Source of the DNA: Podarcis erhardii
Lineage: Eukaryota
NCBI GenBank assembly: GCA_964252035.1
Contig: OZ176209.1
Reading direction: 5' to 3' (one strand)
DNA length: 64,000 nucleotides
In this document: positions 26,977 through 56,096 of the stretch, piece after piece
Layout of the letters: each line of letters begins with the position of its first letter
Numbering within the stretch: the first letter of the stretch is position 1
Notes under the pieces: generated by a model
Seen by the model: the letters and a program-made list of their open reading frames with translations, nothing else
Told to the model about the DNA's origin: nothing
The model's database searches: none
Translations under genes and position numbers: made by a program

Positions 26977-29118
26977 TGTACTGGATTGCCAACCATTCCT
27001 GGGTGAAGTTATGATGGCTTGCCAGGCACATTAACTGGTACAAATATTTAATATGAGGGTTTCAATAAAGCAGTCATGCTTATATTCCATCTTATGCTAT
27101 CAGTGTGAAATGACCCAAGGATGGAGTGCTAGAGTTTGCTTACTATAAGTTTGTTGGCTGCCTCTTTTATCTTCTCCACTTTGGCCTCTGAGAGTCCCTT
27201 AACATTGCATAGTGCCCGCCTAGTTGTCATCTGAATTCCTTTGATTGTACAAATTCCCACTGTTTTCAGCTTTTTAATATCAGCCACATTCTGTGAAGGA
27301 GATAAAAAGGATTAGAACTCTTGATGTTAATAAGATGTTACATATATCAAGGAGGTTAATAAACCAAAATCTTGTTCCTCATTAAAATTAGGAGGGCTTA
27401 AAAATGGTGTTTGCTGCAGGTTTCCTAATTACATTTATTTTTATCTCATTTTAATCAATAAATGCAAGTGATTTCTACTCTATGGTGTGTGTTTTGATTC
27501 AGGTCCTTTTCAGAAAGAAAGGCTGGATCAACATTCTGAAAATAAATTAACAGAATGAATGTGGCGCCTATATATTGTTTGGGTCTCCTTGTTTTCCTAA
27601 GCAGCTGGAAATCAAAGGCAAAATTGCAGAACAGAAAAGAATGATGTATAGCACAAATGGGGAACCTATAATCCTCCAAATGTTGCTGAACTACAACTCC
27701 TATCACCCCTATCAATTGGCCATGCTGGCAGCAATGGATGGGAACTGAAGTCCAACAACATCTGGAGTCTCAGGTTCCCCCCATCCCTGATTTCCAAGAA
27801 TATTAAGCTGTACCATTTCTATATAATTTTCTGGTGCTATCCAGATAGGAGTACTTATACCCTGTAGTTCTCTAAGCATTCATTGTATTTTTTTCTGAAT
27901 GTAGTGGACATTTAATAATTTCTCTGTGAAGGTAATAAAATCAGTTCCAGTGCAGTAGCTTATCAATGACATGAACAATGGAACAGCTGAGTATCTTTTT
28001 GGGTACAGGCTGCAATTATGTTAGTCATTACCTTTAGGATGGCCAGGTAAAAATAAAAAAAGGCAGAGTTCTTGCAGATTTGTAAGTTGTGTAGAAGAAG
28101 GAATTTCAGCAGACACAATGGTCTTTTTCACCTGGCCACCACAGCTTATCTCAGTTTAACAGTAGTGTACACATAGTCCAAGTAATCTTGATTACTATAA
28201 AAGACTGAAAATTTTATGTTTTCTTGCTTGAAATTAAGGATGTGACGCCCGTTTCATAATAGCAGTCAGAGCTCAAACAGAGAGTAGAAAGGCAAATAAG
28301 GATACAGATGCATTTTTAAAGTGTGCTTACAATTCCATGCTTCTGTAGTAGGTCGATGTCCTGGAAAAAGGACTCCTAAAGGGATACAAAAACAACAGCA
28401 ACTACGAGAATCTTTGTTATTTTGATATTTATGCACATATCTCTCACTTTGGTCAACCAACTATATGTTATCCCAGAGCAGGGATTATTTTTAGAGGGTT
28501 TTCTCCATGCTCAAGGGTATGCAGTACAAGGACCACTTTTTTTGGTTAAAAAGTATGGCACTTACTGTAACAACTTTATGGTGAGTACCGGCACCTATTT
28601 TTCTAGAAAAAAAGCACTGGGGTTTCTTAATAGTTGCAATTAATTAATTGTAATGAATTAATTTGATATATTTTTTTACCCAACCTTCACCATACTGTCC
28701 CAGGTAATATAAAAATACAACATTAAAATCAGTTAAAACAATTTACAATCAAAAGAAGAGGATGGGTCCTAAAACATGCATCTCAGGTGCTAAAGGCCAG
28801 GATAAAGAGAGGTGCATTTCAGCTTATGATGAAAGCTATACTATAAAGGTGCCAGATGTGCCTCTGTGGGCAGCTTAGGGGCTGCCCTTGGAGAATGCCC
28901 CCTTTCAAGTTGCCACCCAGCAGAATTATATGAGTATGCACATCTTCTAAGTTTACTCAAAAATGAACCATTTTGTTTACTAAAAAAAATGAATGTTTTA
29001 TTTATTCTATTTTGTATAATTTTCTTGAGGATTCCAGACAAAACAAACTTTGCATCTATACCTCATCATCCTGGAATCCTGGTTCTTCCTGCACAACTTG
29101 ATCCTCCATGGACTTCAT
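18094..29118 (-). CDS. DMC1: Meiotic recombinase DMC1, 13 coding exons, 342 aa
   Basis: Exons (minus): 29118-29062 (exon acceptor at 29152), 28375-28331, 27290-27144, 25983-25901, 24267-24215, 23755-23714, 22714-22642, 22373-22282, 21404-21331, 20678-20564, 20171-20111, 18777-18661, 18163-18094; total 1029 nt in frame. [12 protein letters not shown] start, Walker [35 protein letters not shown], ends [12 protein letters not shown]. Confidence 0.97.
21005..21192. repeat. Near-pure AT low-complexity patch with internal perfect palindromes (DMC1 intron 10)
   Basis: About 190 bp almost all A/T; perfect palindromes at 21031-21050, 21112-21133 and 21132-21153; adjoins an L2-like tail at ~21195. Confidence 0.9.
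22374..22641 (-). other. DMC1: U12-type (minor spliceosome) GT-AG intron of DMC1
   Basis: 5' site GTATCCTTTC; branch site TACCTTAAC at 22397-22389, branch A 16 nt from the terminal AG; no long polypyrimidine tract. Confidence 0.9.
26935..26976. repeat. (GATA)n microsatellite
   Basis: About 10 units. Confidence 0.95.
27651..27789. mobile_element. Degenerate copy of palindromic hAT MITE family
   Basis: ctccaaatgttgctgaactacaactcc ... gatgggaactgaagtccaacaacatctggag is similar to the intact copy at 31616-31751. Confidence 0.6.
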
Positions 29119-31615
29119 TGTAATATAAAATATAGTAAGATTTCAATCAGTGCTGCAGGAAGCAATTGGAGAGTGTAAAAGCATATAAAGCAATAAGATA
29201 TGCAACACTTTTATGGATCTGGTGTGTGCACTTCATATAAGACGGCAGCCTTCGTCACTTATATAGCATGACCAAGAAGGGACTAAGTGTACTGAATAGT
29301 TTTATCATAGATTTTAGAGAGAGTTGTTTGATTCCAATATGCTTGAAGACTTCCATCACACTGAGGTAGCAATGGCTAATTTATTCAGCCTGGGTTGTGA
29401 GACTCACATCCGTTATGGAGCACTGGAGCATTTGGTATTAAATGAAAGCTATGGTGTAAGAGAGTTCCCACATAAAAAATCTCCAAATTTACCATATAAA
29501 AGAAAATACAGATTTTGAAATCTTTTTGTTTTTCTTTTCTGTTGTGATAATTTTGAAAATGTTCACGTGAGCCTCCTGTAAAAAGCTCCTCACATGAAAA
29601 TGAGGCCATCAAGTCACCATACATAGACCTCAACACCTCAAAAATATGGATTGGTTTCAGTCTATGTTCTTCTCTCATGCTGAAACTGTGGAATGCTCTC
29701 AACTTGAAGAAAAGAATGGCATCTGCCATCCAATCACTCAGTTTCAATTCAACAATATGCTATTGAAGTGACAAGTGATTTAACAGTGAGAAAGCGAAAA
29801 ACCACTAATTCGTAATCGTCATGTTTCAAAATAACTTTAGGAAAAGGTAAAAATATTTTCCTGAGGTAACATAACCACCTGCTCCTCGGTAATGACAAGA
29901 TGGGAAGCATCCAATTACTGTAAAAAGATGAAGGGCATGTTTTAACTCCTTTTTATATAATCTTGCCTATTTACTGAAGATCACATCATCCTTGCACATT
30001 GTTTTCTCATTGTTCCCAGCTTTCTTGACCATGATACCAGTTTAAATATATATATATTTAAATTATACAACTGTGTCCATTCCCATTTTTGGACAGTGGC
30101 GCTACATATCAGGAAGAAGTGAGACTATAAGTATGTTCTCTACCTCAGGTTCCAGTGCCGCAAAGTGAAAATGGAACAGAGGCAAGGAGACGACTCAGGT
30201 GATTGTTTTACTAATTGTGAGGTATTTTTTTTTAGGTATGTGAGGTGAGAGCACTCTCCATGACTCACCAGCGTATCACTGAAACCATTCCAGTGCCATA
30301 CAGTTCTCATCACATTACTAAAAGAAATCTCCTGATGCTGAAAGAAACAGTAATGTGAATCCACCCATACCAGTATCTTTTTTGAGGTAAAATCTAGTGG
30401 CACTCTTCTAATATATCCAGTGCAAGGTCATGACCCTCTTTCTCATGTGTTTTCAGTATTTTTTTATTGTTTCTGACCATCCAGCACTTTGACAGATTGT
30501 AAATATATACTAAAACTAGAAGAATGTGCCAGAAAAAGGAGGGCAGTTTAAGCGTTCAAGTGGCAGAGAAGGCTCAGAATAATTTATGGTGGGAAAGAGC
30601 GTTTTTTTTCCTGTGCTTCTAACTTTTTACCATGACATTTACTTCTTCCTGGATGCCCTGAAAAGCAAACTAAAACCCTGAGACTTTGGGTCACATTTAG
30701 GATCAGATGTTACAAAGGAGAGATGATGTATTATTTCAGATTGTGATAGGGTTAGGGTTAGAGTTTTTGAAAATGTTCAGATGTATCAATTTTTATGTTC
30801 AGCCTTTTACCTCCCCCTCACCTCTCCTGCCCAATAAATCAAACCTTCCCCCAGCCTCTGTGGTAACATATGACTGAGGCTGACTTGGTTTAAACAAGCT
30901 TCTGCTACACGCTCTGGGATTCACACTCCAGCGTTGGATGAAAAAAGGTGTAAAAGCTGCTAGACAGAGCTGCCAGATATGAGGAGAAAAATGAAGCCAA
31001 AATGGCTTCCAGGTATACTCTGGGTAGCTGGGGAATGTATATTAAAAAAACCACCCCCTCAAAGATGACAAATGCTTCAATCCTATCCACATTTACACCA
31101 GAAGAAGAATATAGATGTTGTATCTCTAGGGGTTGCTAGATCTCCTGAGGGTACCTTGGAGCAAAGTTGCAGGCATTTTGATAGATCAAGAGCACAGCCT
31201 GGTGGTGCTTAGAGGGGCCATGGAAGAGACCTAGACACCATCCTGTCTCTCACAGTGACTAAACCTGATGCTTTTGGGAAGTTTGGCATATACCCATTGT
31301 GACTTGTAGCCATTGAGAACATATCCTCCATGTCACCTACTAGGGCAGTGTGCAGATGGGTTTGGAGCCACAGTCTGAAGGATGTGGCGCTAGCAGTAAA
31401 ATAGCTCCCAAGACAGAAAACGGCCTGTCCCATTGGCCTCAGTTTTTATGTATTTTCTCCAGAGAGCCCAAGGAGGCAGATATCCAGAAAACTACCAGAT
31501 ATCCTGTCCAACTAAACAGAGCCTCCTTCCCACTATGTATCAAGTACCCAGGCTACCCCTCAGTCTCACCCAAGAACAGGCTGTAGTAGCTGGAAGTCTA
31601 ACTATGGGTTTAAAT

Positions 31616-31751
31616 CAGGCATAGGCAAACTCGGCCCTCCAGATGTTTTGGGACTACAACTCCCATCATCCCTAGCTAACAGGACCAGTGGTCAGGGATG
31701 ATGGGAGTTGTAGTCCCAAAACATCTGGAGGGCCAAGTTTGCCTATGCCTG
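31616..31751. mobile_element. Young palindromic hAT MITE (136 bp)
   Basis: Perfect 8-bp TSD GTTTAAAT (31608-31615, 31752-31759); almost the entire element is one inverted repeat (caggcataggcaaac ... gtttgcctatgcctg). Confidence 0.9.
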
Positions 31752-32237
31752 GTTTAAATCATGTTCAGTGCAGCCGTCAGCCACAGTCCAAAGGGGGGGG
31801 GGGGAGATATCTGAAAATAAAAATGGCCTGTAATGTTGAGATCCTGACTGGTTCACAGCCCAGCAATGAGTAGGGACATTAAAGAGTGAGGGAACTGGGT
31901 GGAGGAGAGAGCAATCAGGAAGGCCAACAAAGATTAGCAGGTTTTTTTTATTGCAATCTTTAACTGTACACGGGTTAGGAGAAGCAAACAAAGCAAGCAC
32001 ATTCTTAGGAAACAAAGCAAACCTATGTAAGAACGTATCAAAGAGACAAATGTATGAATGCACCAGTGGGTTGTGCTATTGGGCCAGGCTTTGGGAACAT
32101 GTTCACACCTGCAGGCTTCTGTCTGGCTATACCAGAGTAATAAGAATTTGACCTCTACCATTTGCAAGGAGGATCAGGCCCATGAATTCTTATCTTACAT
32201 TTTGAATTTGGTATGAATTTGGTACACGGCATGTCTG

Positions 32238-32261
32238 GAGAGAGAGAGAGAGAGAGAGAAA

Positions 32262-32309
<48 letters not shown>

Positions 32310-32311
32310 AA
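32238..32311. repeat. Compound (GA)n(GAAA)n microsatellite
   Basis: Pure purine tract of about 74 bp. Confidence 0.95.
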
Positions 32312-34324
32312 TTCTGCTACATATCCTTTAAAATTCTTAAAATTCTTAGAAAGGGAAAAAGCAGCACAGAAAGGATTTGGCTGCTTAGAATCATATAAAC
32401 ACAGAATCTGAAAGCATTTTATTTACTTTCAACATTTATATGATACCTTTTGGGAACAGGGCAGCAAACGATAAGTTAAAACACTAACTAAAATATGATC
32501 AAAACAAAGCACACATCAAAACTACCAGTAAAATACACCATCAGCGCAAACAACTTCAGCATCATATTAATAAAAATCATACTTTTAAAAGCCTGCCAAC
32601 TGAGAGTGTTGGCCAGTAGTCCGAAAATGAGCAGTAATTGGGCCAGGCTAACTGGTTGAGAAATGTTGTCTACTATCTAGACACCACTACAGAAAAGGGT
32701 CCATTCATTGTATCCTTCTGTCACACCTCAGACTGAAAGGGGATATGGAGCAGCAGCTTCATAAGTGATGTCAAAGGACGAACAGATTCATAGTACTTCT
32801 TATAGGACATGTACAAGACATTTAACGTGTTTGCTCACATATGGGAGCCATATATGCCCACTGTCACCATTCGCACTCCCACTGGAAATTTTATTATGGG
32901 ACAGAACAATACTTATTTACTAAAAATAGTGAGGCCAACTCTTTGCCCAAATTCATTGGGATTGATGGGATGTGATTCTTTTCAGTGATGAGGGAAAAGT
33001 ATTCTGTACATGCTTAGAGACACAATTTAAAAACTATTTCATATGCACCTTGACTATATCCCAGTACTTAAATCTATGGTTCAGAAATGTAGGAGCACAA
33101 ACATAGCCTTACTCTCCAGTTCGCACTGTTGAACGTAGCTATTGCAAGAGGATTGGCAGTTGTAACTTCAAATATTTGGGGATGGGCACCTTCTTCTCAG
33201 TCCATGCAAAACAGCATGAAATCTGGCAAACTGGATCAGACCAGTATCTACTTCTCTGGTACAGAACTAAAAGAAATTGTGTCAGAATGTCTGTAAGAAA
33301 TGGCTCATTGCCAGGATTTCTCAGCTTGACCATAATTGCCTTTTTTGGTTCAGAATTAAGAAGTTGGCAGGTGATGTTTTTATGGACATTGCTACATGTC
33401 TGGGTATTTTATGTAAGACCACTACACCAAAAGATTTCTTCTTCCAAGGACAGAAAATGTTAACTTGGGCATGTTTTTTTGCAAACTAATTGTAAAAAAA
33501 AAAGAAAGAAAAAAGAATTCTAGTAGGATTGCTCATGTAATCCTCTAACTCCTCCTTTTATTGCTGGGATTATAAAATGTGAAAAGGTAAACTTGGGCTA
33601 GATAGAACTGATGTCCTGTTACAATTTTTTTCCTAAATCACTATGTCTCAGGGAAATTAAATTTGATATATTCTTCATAGATTTATAATAATGAAACACA
33701 GGTACTCCATAGATTTATCACAGTACTTTTATGGGCATAAAATACTAAATGCTGCATCCCTGAGACTACCAACACTGAATACCAGCACATTCAGTTCACT
33801 GGGCTGCAGGGTAAGATGTGAAGTAGAGAAAGAACATACTGCCTTGTGTCACAGCACTGATTAAGGAGCCTTTGAAATCGTTGAAAAAGGTAGTCAATTA
33901 TGATTTTAAACAAATATTGTCAAACACAAGTTCAGACCTTCGAAGTGTACTAAATTAGTGTTTCTCTTCATTGTGTTCAGAATAACTGCATGAAATAAGT
34001 ACTGACAGTTGTAATGCACTGTTGAAATAATGTAAACGACCAAGTAGTGTTAAATATATAGATATTGCAAAAAGCCATTATTTCAGTACATAATGGTAGA
34101 TTTTCAAAAGCAATGTAGGTTGGGATTTTTAACATTTCAAAATGCTGCCCCTTAAAGGTAAATATTACAATTTGATTTTCATGAAAACAGAAAATAAGGT
34201 GAAGAGAAAACACATATGCTTAAATATAGCTTTCCAAGTAAGGTATGCTAAGATCTAGAAGATGTATAGAGATCTAGGTAGCAAAAATAAAATTTCTAAA
34301 GACAGCTTCCAGGTGCCTCTAAAC

Positions 34325-34446
34325 CAGGCATGGGTAACCTGTGATTCTTCAGAGGTTGCTGGATTCCACCTGGTGTGGCTAATGATCAGAGATGATGACA
34401 GTTGTAATCTAGCAAAATATGGAGAGTCCCAAAATCCCCACCCCTG
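34325..34446. mobile_element. Degenerate copy of palindromic hAT MITE family
   Basis: caggcatgggtaacctg ... gatgatgacagttgtaatc ... cacccctg; residual similarity and inverted ends. Confidence 0.5.
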
Positions 34447-34820
34447 CTTTATACTTAGTCTGTCTAGCCTAGGATATATCTGAGCCCTGTTTTTAAGTCC
34501 TGTTCATAGTCAATATATTATTGAAATGGACACGGCCAAACAGTGGTATGAAAATGAGAACCCCCCTCTTAAAAGAATTCAACATAAATGACATGCCTGA
34601 ATTAATGAAGGAAACTCCCTCTCAACCAGTGCTCACCTTACACCTTACAATTGCTTCTAATCAGAAATGCTTTTGTACATCTCTTTGCACCAAATCTAGG
34701 TTAATTTCCTTTAAACATTCTTTTTATAAAGCAGATAGTAACAATGTTTATAGAAGAGCTTCTCCCAAATAGATTCAATTTGAACTTAAGTCTCATTCAT
34801 TTCAAAAAGAGAAAACTAAA

Positions 34821-34826
34821 TTTATT
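34821..34826 (-). terminator. FAM227A: Candidate FAM227A polyadenylation signal AATAAA
   Basis: tttatt on + strand, 30 nt downstream of the inferred TAA stop. Confidence 0.6.
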
Positions 34827-34856
34827 GCTAGGGCCACATGTAAGTTAACAAGTCAG

Positions 34857-51815
<16,959 letters not shown>

Positions 51816-52762
51816 CTACCAGATATTTGTTAAGGAATATTTTGAAAACCTTCAAAGCATATGCAAAATTCTTCCTCCTCCTTTTTGTTAAACCTCCTAT
51901 TGCCATCACTTAAATGCTATATTTATTTTATAAACTGCTACACACCACCCCGATCTCCCTGAATGGTATGAAATTCCAAGGGTTGCAGACATGCTTACTA
52001 GGGTCTGTATTACCTTTTGAGGCACAACAGAGACTGTGGTGTCTTTATGATATATGGTTTTATTACACATATACAACCTGGACCTAGATGGAGCGATTGC
52101 AGGGCATTCACATCCTATGAGGGTCTGACTTCCCCCTTAAGTGCAGCATTGGTTTCAAAGGACAGCCACCTTCTGTGATTCTTAGTTCCAGCTTGTTATC
52201 CCCAACTCACATGGAGTTCTGCCCCTCCTTCTCCTTCTTGCTGCTAATTGACTCAAAGGACCTCCCCACAGTCTACATCATTCAAAGTTGAAACCCTAAT
52301 TCTAGCCCACTAGCACTCAACAAAGAATACCCACTCCTCCTTGCCTGGCAGTCTTGACCTCTGATGGTTTCCTTGATGGTCCATGACTGGTCTGTGTCCT
52401 CTGCTAATGGCCCATCTAGCTAGCTTTGCAAAGCTGGCTTGGCTCCTTAGCATAGCTAAATCCAGGAGATTTCTATGTTTGGCAAAATTTAATCAAATCT
52501 TGATTAATTCTGACTTTTACTACATCGAGGAATTATTGGGAGGATCTGGCACACCGGAATTTAGGGAAATCTAGCCCCCCCCCACAAACCAGCCACTCTT
52601 GGGGCTTCCAGCATATATAAAAATGTAACAAAACATGAAATATTAATAAACTTCCCTATACAGGGCTACCTTCAGATGTCTTCTAAAGGAATGTTGCTAC
52701 TGCTCGGCAGAGTGTGAAGGTGGAGCCCAACTTTTAAAGCGATGTGTTATGTGTATGTTGGC

Positions 52763-53126
52763 GGGACGCGGGTGGCACTGTGGGTAAAACCTCAGCGCCT
52801 AGGACCTGCTGATCGCATGGTCGGCGGTTCGAATCCCCGCGGCAGGGTGCGCTCCCGTCGTTCGGTCCCAGCACCTGCCAACCTAGCAGTTCAAAAGCAC
52901 CCCCGGGGAGCAAGTAGATAAATAGGGACCGCTTTACCAGTGGGAAGGTAAACGGCGTTCCGTGTGTTGCGCTGGCTCGCCAGATGCAGCTTGTCACGCT
53001 GGCCACGTGACCCAGAAGTGTCTGCGGACAGCGCTGGCTCCCGGCCTATAGAGTGAGATGAGCGCACAACCCTAGAGTCTGGCAAGACTGGCCCGTATGG
53101 GCAGGGGTACCTTTACCTTTACCTTT
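52763..53126 (+). mobile_element. Full-length Sauria SINE
   Basis: Same head and B box as the 43913 copy, (CCTTTA)n tail, TSD TTATGTGTAT(G/A)TTG. Confidence 0.9.
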
Positions 53127-55525
53127 TTATGTGTATATTGAGTCAACAAGTGTTCAACTGCCTGCCTGATTTTGACCACATGCTGCTTGCTGCCCCACTA
53201 GATGCAAGACAAATAATACTATTTCCTTATTTCAACTCACACAACTATCATGCAAGACTGATTGCAATTATATTTCTTTTTTTCATGACCAAGTATCTAG
53301 GTTTGGGGATGATGACCAAGTTTGTCATACATCAGGAAAATTCCTGACATGTCCTGGTTTTTAGGGTGTAAAAATGGCGTCGGGGGTGAATTTTGTTGAA
53401 TGTCAGGGGAAACCCAGATGTATGGCAACATGATGGAAAAAGCAATGGAAACAGCTCAAAAAGCTTAAAATAACTGTTTTTGGTTTAGGTTTCCCCCAAA
53501 AAGCTCAACAATGTAGGTTTGTTCTCCAAAAAAGTTCCACAACTTTGTGGGTGTCAGGAATTTTACTCTTTGAAATATGGCAACCCCAATGATGACTCAA
53601 GATTTCTCCAAACCTCAAAAAAATGAGGTTCAAGTACCAAATAAGTATTACCCAAACACTTTAAAGCAAAAGTAAAACAGATATATATGATACAAGCTAT
53701 ATATTTATTTACACATACATTGTTAACTATAGGAACAAAGGATACATCGTGGTTTGTCATCTAATGTGCAAGTGACGGAGTCTCTTTTTTTTTCTTGGGC
53801 TGCTGATGGCAATATCAAGAATCCCTTTAAAGGGCTCACAAATGATTTAATAGTTACAAATTGCATCTTGAAATTACTAAATCCTAAAAAATAAAGTGGA
53901 GACAACACATTTATATTAAACACACATTTCCCCACAAACTTGCTTGCTATTTTGTTCCCAAAGCATGATCACACTTAAATTAACTTTTCCAATTATTGGC
54001 TTGAGCTGATTTAACCTAGAGTGCTATTTTAGGGTTCCTCATGTGGATACCAAAAGGGTTACTTTATAAATATAACACTTCTGCACCACTCCCCTCCACC
54101 AAATATAGCTTAGTAAGAAAGGGTCCCATGGGGAAAATTATTCTAATTTGTCTTCCTTAATTTGTAGTAATTACAGCTGCCAACTCAGAGGCAGCAATTT
54201 GGAATTCTAGCTGTAGTTAGGTATTCCCAGAAGAAATTTCAAGCCTGAAAATCACAACTATTAACTGCATTGTTCTCCACTGCACAGAGGGATAGCAAAG
54301 TATCAGGATTTTATGAAGGTACCAGAATTTTGTTTCTTGTTCTGTCACACACATTAGTTTTCTTGCTAGTGTTACTTTTTCATTCAAACTGTGAAGAGAC
54401 ACATAAAATTGTATTAGCTTTGATTATAATTTTTTTCAAATATAAAAAAATGTGTATTTTAGCATTCTGAGGCTACATTATATACACTTCCTTCCGAGTA
54501 AAAATGTGCAAATTCTAATCAGCCTAAAAGTATCATTACATTGCACAGGTGTATTCTCTACACAATTTGGCAACTTTATTTCCAAGAAAACGTGTCCAGT
54601 ACTGGAGTGCTTTGCATATCAATGTGCAGCCCGATCCTGTGCATGTTTATCCAAAGGTGAAATGGGTCCGGATAGGGTGGGAGGAAGAGGTTTGTTATGT
54701 TTTAATCACTTCTGCACACTCTTAGAAAAACAAACTGTAGATTCCATGATGGTGATCACCAGGAAATTAAAACATGAAACTGAAATACCTTAATGACCTT
54801 CTATATATGCCAATGCTGCAGCTAATGCATGGTATAAAATTGATTGCCCCATCTCAAAAAGAACAATGTAGAACTGGGAAAGGGGCAGACAAAATAACCA
54901 AGGGCTTGGGAGAACCTTTCCTACAAGGAAATGTACAGCTATTTCAAAATTAATCAGTAGCAACATAAAACTGTCGATAAGAAAACTACCAGTTTACACC
55001 ACATCTGCACCAGGCATTTAAAGCACAATACTACTTTTACAAGTCATGGGTGTTGATATGGCCTAGGCTGAATTAAGGGAAGAACTGTCCACCAGGCATG
55101 CAGAGCTTTGCCGATGCAGATCTCCCAGATTGGTCGCCAGATTAAGACTGTGAAGAAAATGCCAGCAAAATGAGAGCAACAAAGTGAACAATAATAGTCC
55201 ATGTATGATGATCTCCCCCGCCTTTCCTTTGGGAAGCTTATAGAGGCTCATCAGAAAAAAGACGTTGATGGTCAACGTGAAAAAACGACGTTCCCAACTT
55301 ATTCGGGTGTTACATAGCATCAAAGTAACACGGGGTGCCCATACGCACCGGAGTGAAAGGGCGGGAAGAGTCCTTGCCCACGCAGCTGTGGGACCCTGTT
55401 TGTTTCTTCCGGACCCTAAGAGGGCCGATATCAAAAACGCTCCTAACCCCTACAATCACGCCGGATTCTCTGCCGACCACGCCCACAACGGGCCCTTTTA
55501 TGTCCTCCTCCCTGAGCGTTCTTCC

Positions 55526-55539
55526 GTCACCGTGGCAAC
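55526..55539. promoter_or_regulatory. RFX X-box GTCACCGTGGCAAC
   Basis: Matches the established X-box consensus GTYNCC-RT-GGYAAC. Confidence 0.65.
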
Positions 55540-55999
55540 TACTCGGAGCAAACCATTTATTTCTTGAACCTTTATGCATCTCTAAAAGGTAGCATTAGAT
55601 GCCGACTACGACTGGCGAATCTGCGTGTGAGATGCAATTCATTCACGAGCTCTGTTCCCGAGGGATAACACTGTTAACGTAATTTTACAACTCGACCAAA
55701 ACTATTTTCTCTCGCCCCCCCGCCTTTTATAAACAATGGTACGGTCCCATCCGCGAGGCTGCCGTTCGCTCCGCGTTTCCCGGCGGTTTGGGATACAACC
55801 ATGACACGAAAAGAGAAGGGGTGCATTTTCTGATGTTCTCACAAGCTTCCTCCAGACGCAGGGCATTTTACTTATTTTGAGCCATTTTTTAAAAAAATCC
55901 GCCACTCTATGTATTTAAAATGAAATGCGTGTACCCCCTCCTCTGTCCTGTGGAATTTTCGATTTCTTTCCTGGGGTGGTTCCGCCCGCTGTGCGTTTC

Positions 56000-56096
56000 T
56001 CGGCTACCGCAAGTCGCGAAGCATCAAAGAGTGCGCATGCGCAATTGATCTCGGTGGCTACAACCAGGGTGCGGAGGTGTGTTGTGCATCTGTTGG
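56000..56096 (+). other. CBY1: Probable non-coding exon 1 of CBY1 (5' boundary approximate)
   Basis: Donor TGG|gtgagg at 56096/56097 within the CpG island; next acceptor atttcag at 57622. Confidence 0.45.
56032..56043. promoter_or_regulatory. NRF1 site TGCGCATGCGCA
   Basis: Perfect palindromic NRF1 consensus. Confidence 0.7.

Noticed and set aside
30750-30762. gggttagggttag telomere-like motif
   Set aside because: Only two units; expected by chance.
30880-31600. GC-balanced, coding-looking stretch upstream of DMC1
   Set aside because: All frames are interrupted and no family is recognisable; probably an old TE remnant, so no call can be supported.
32321-32330. Perfect U12 donor-like ATATCCTTTA on the plus strand
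   Set aside because: Intergenic, antisense to the flanking genes, with no associated exon or branch site identified.
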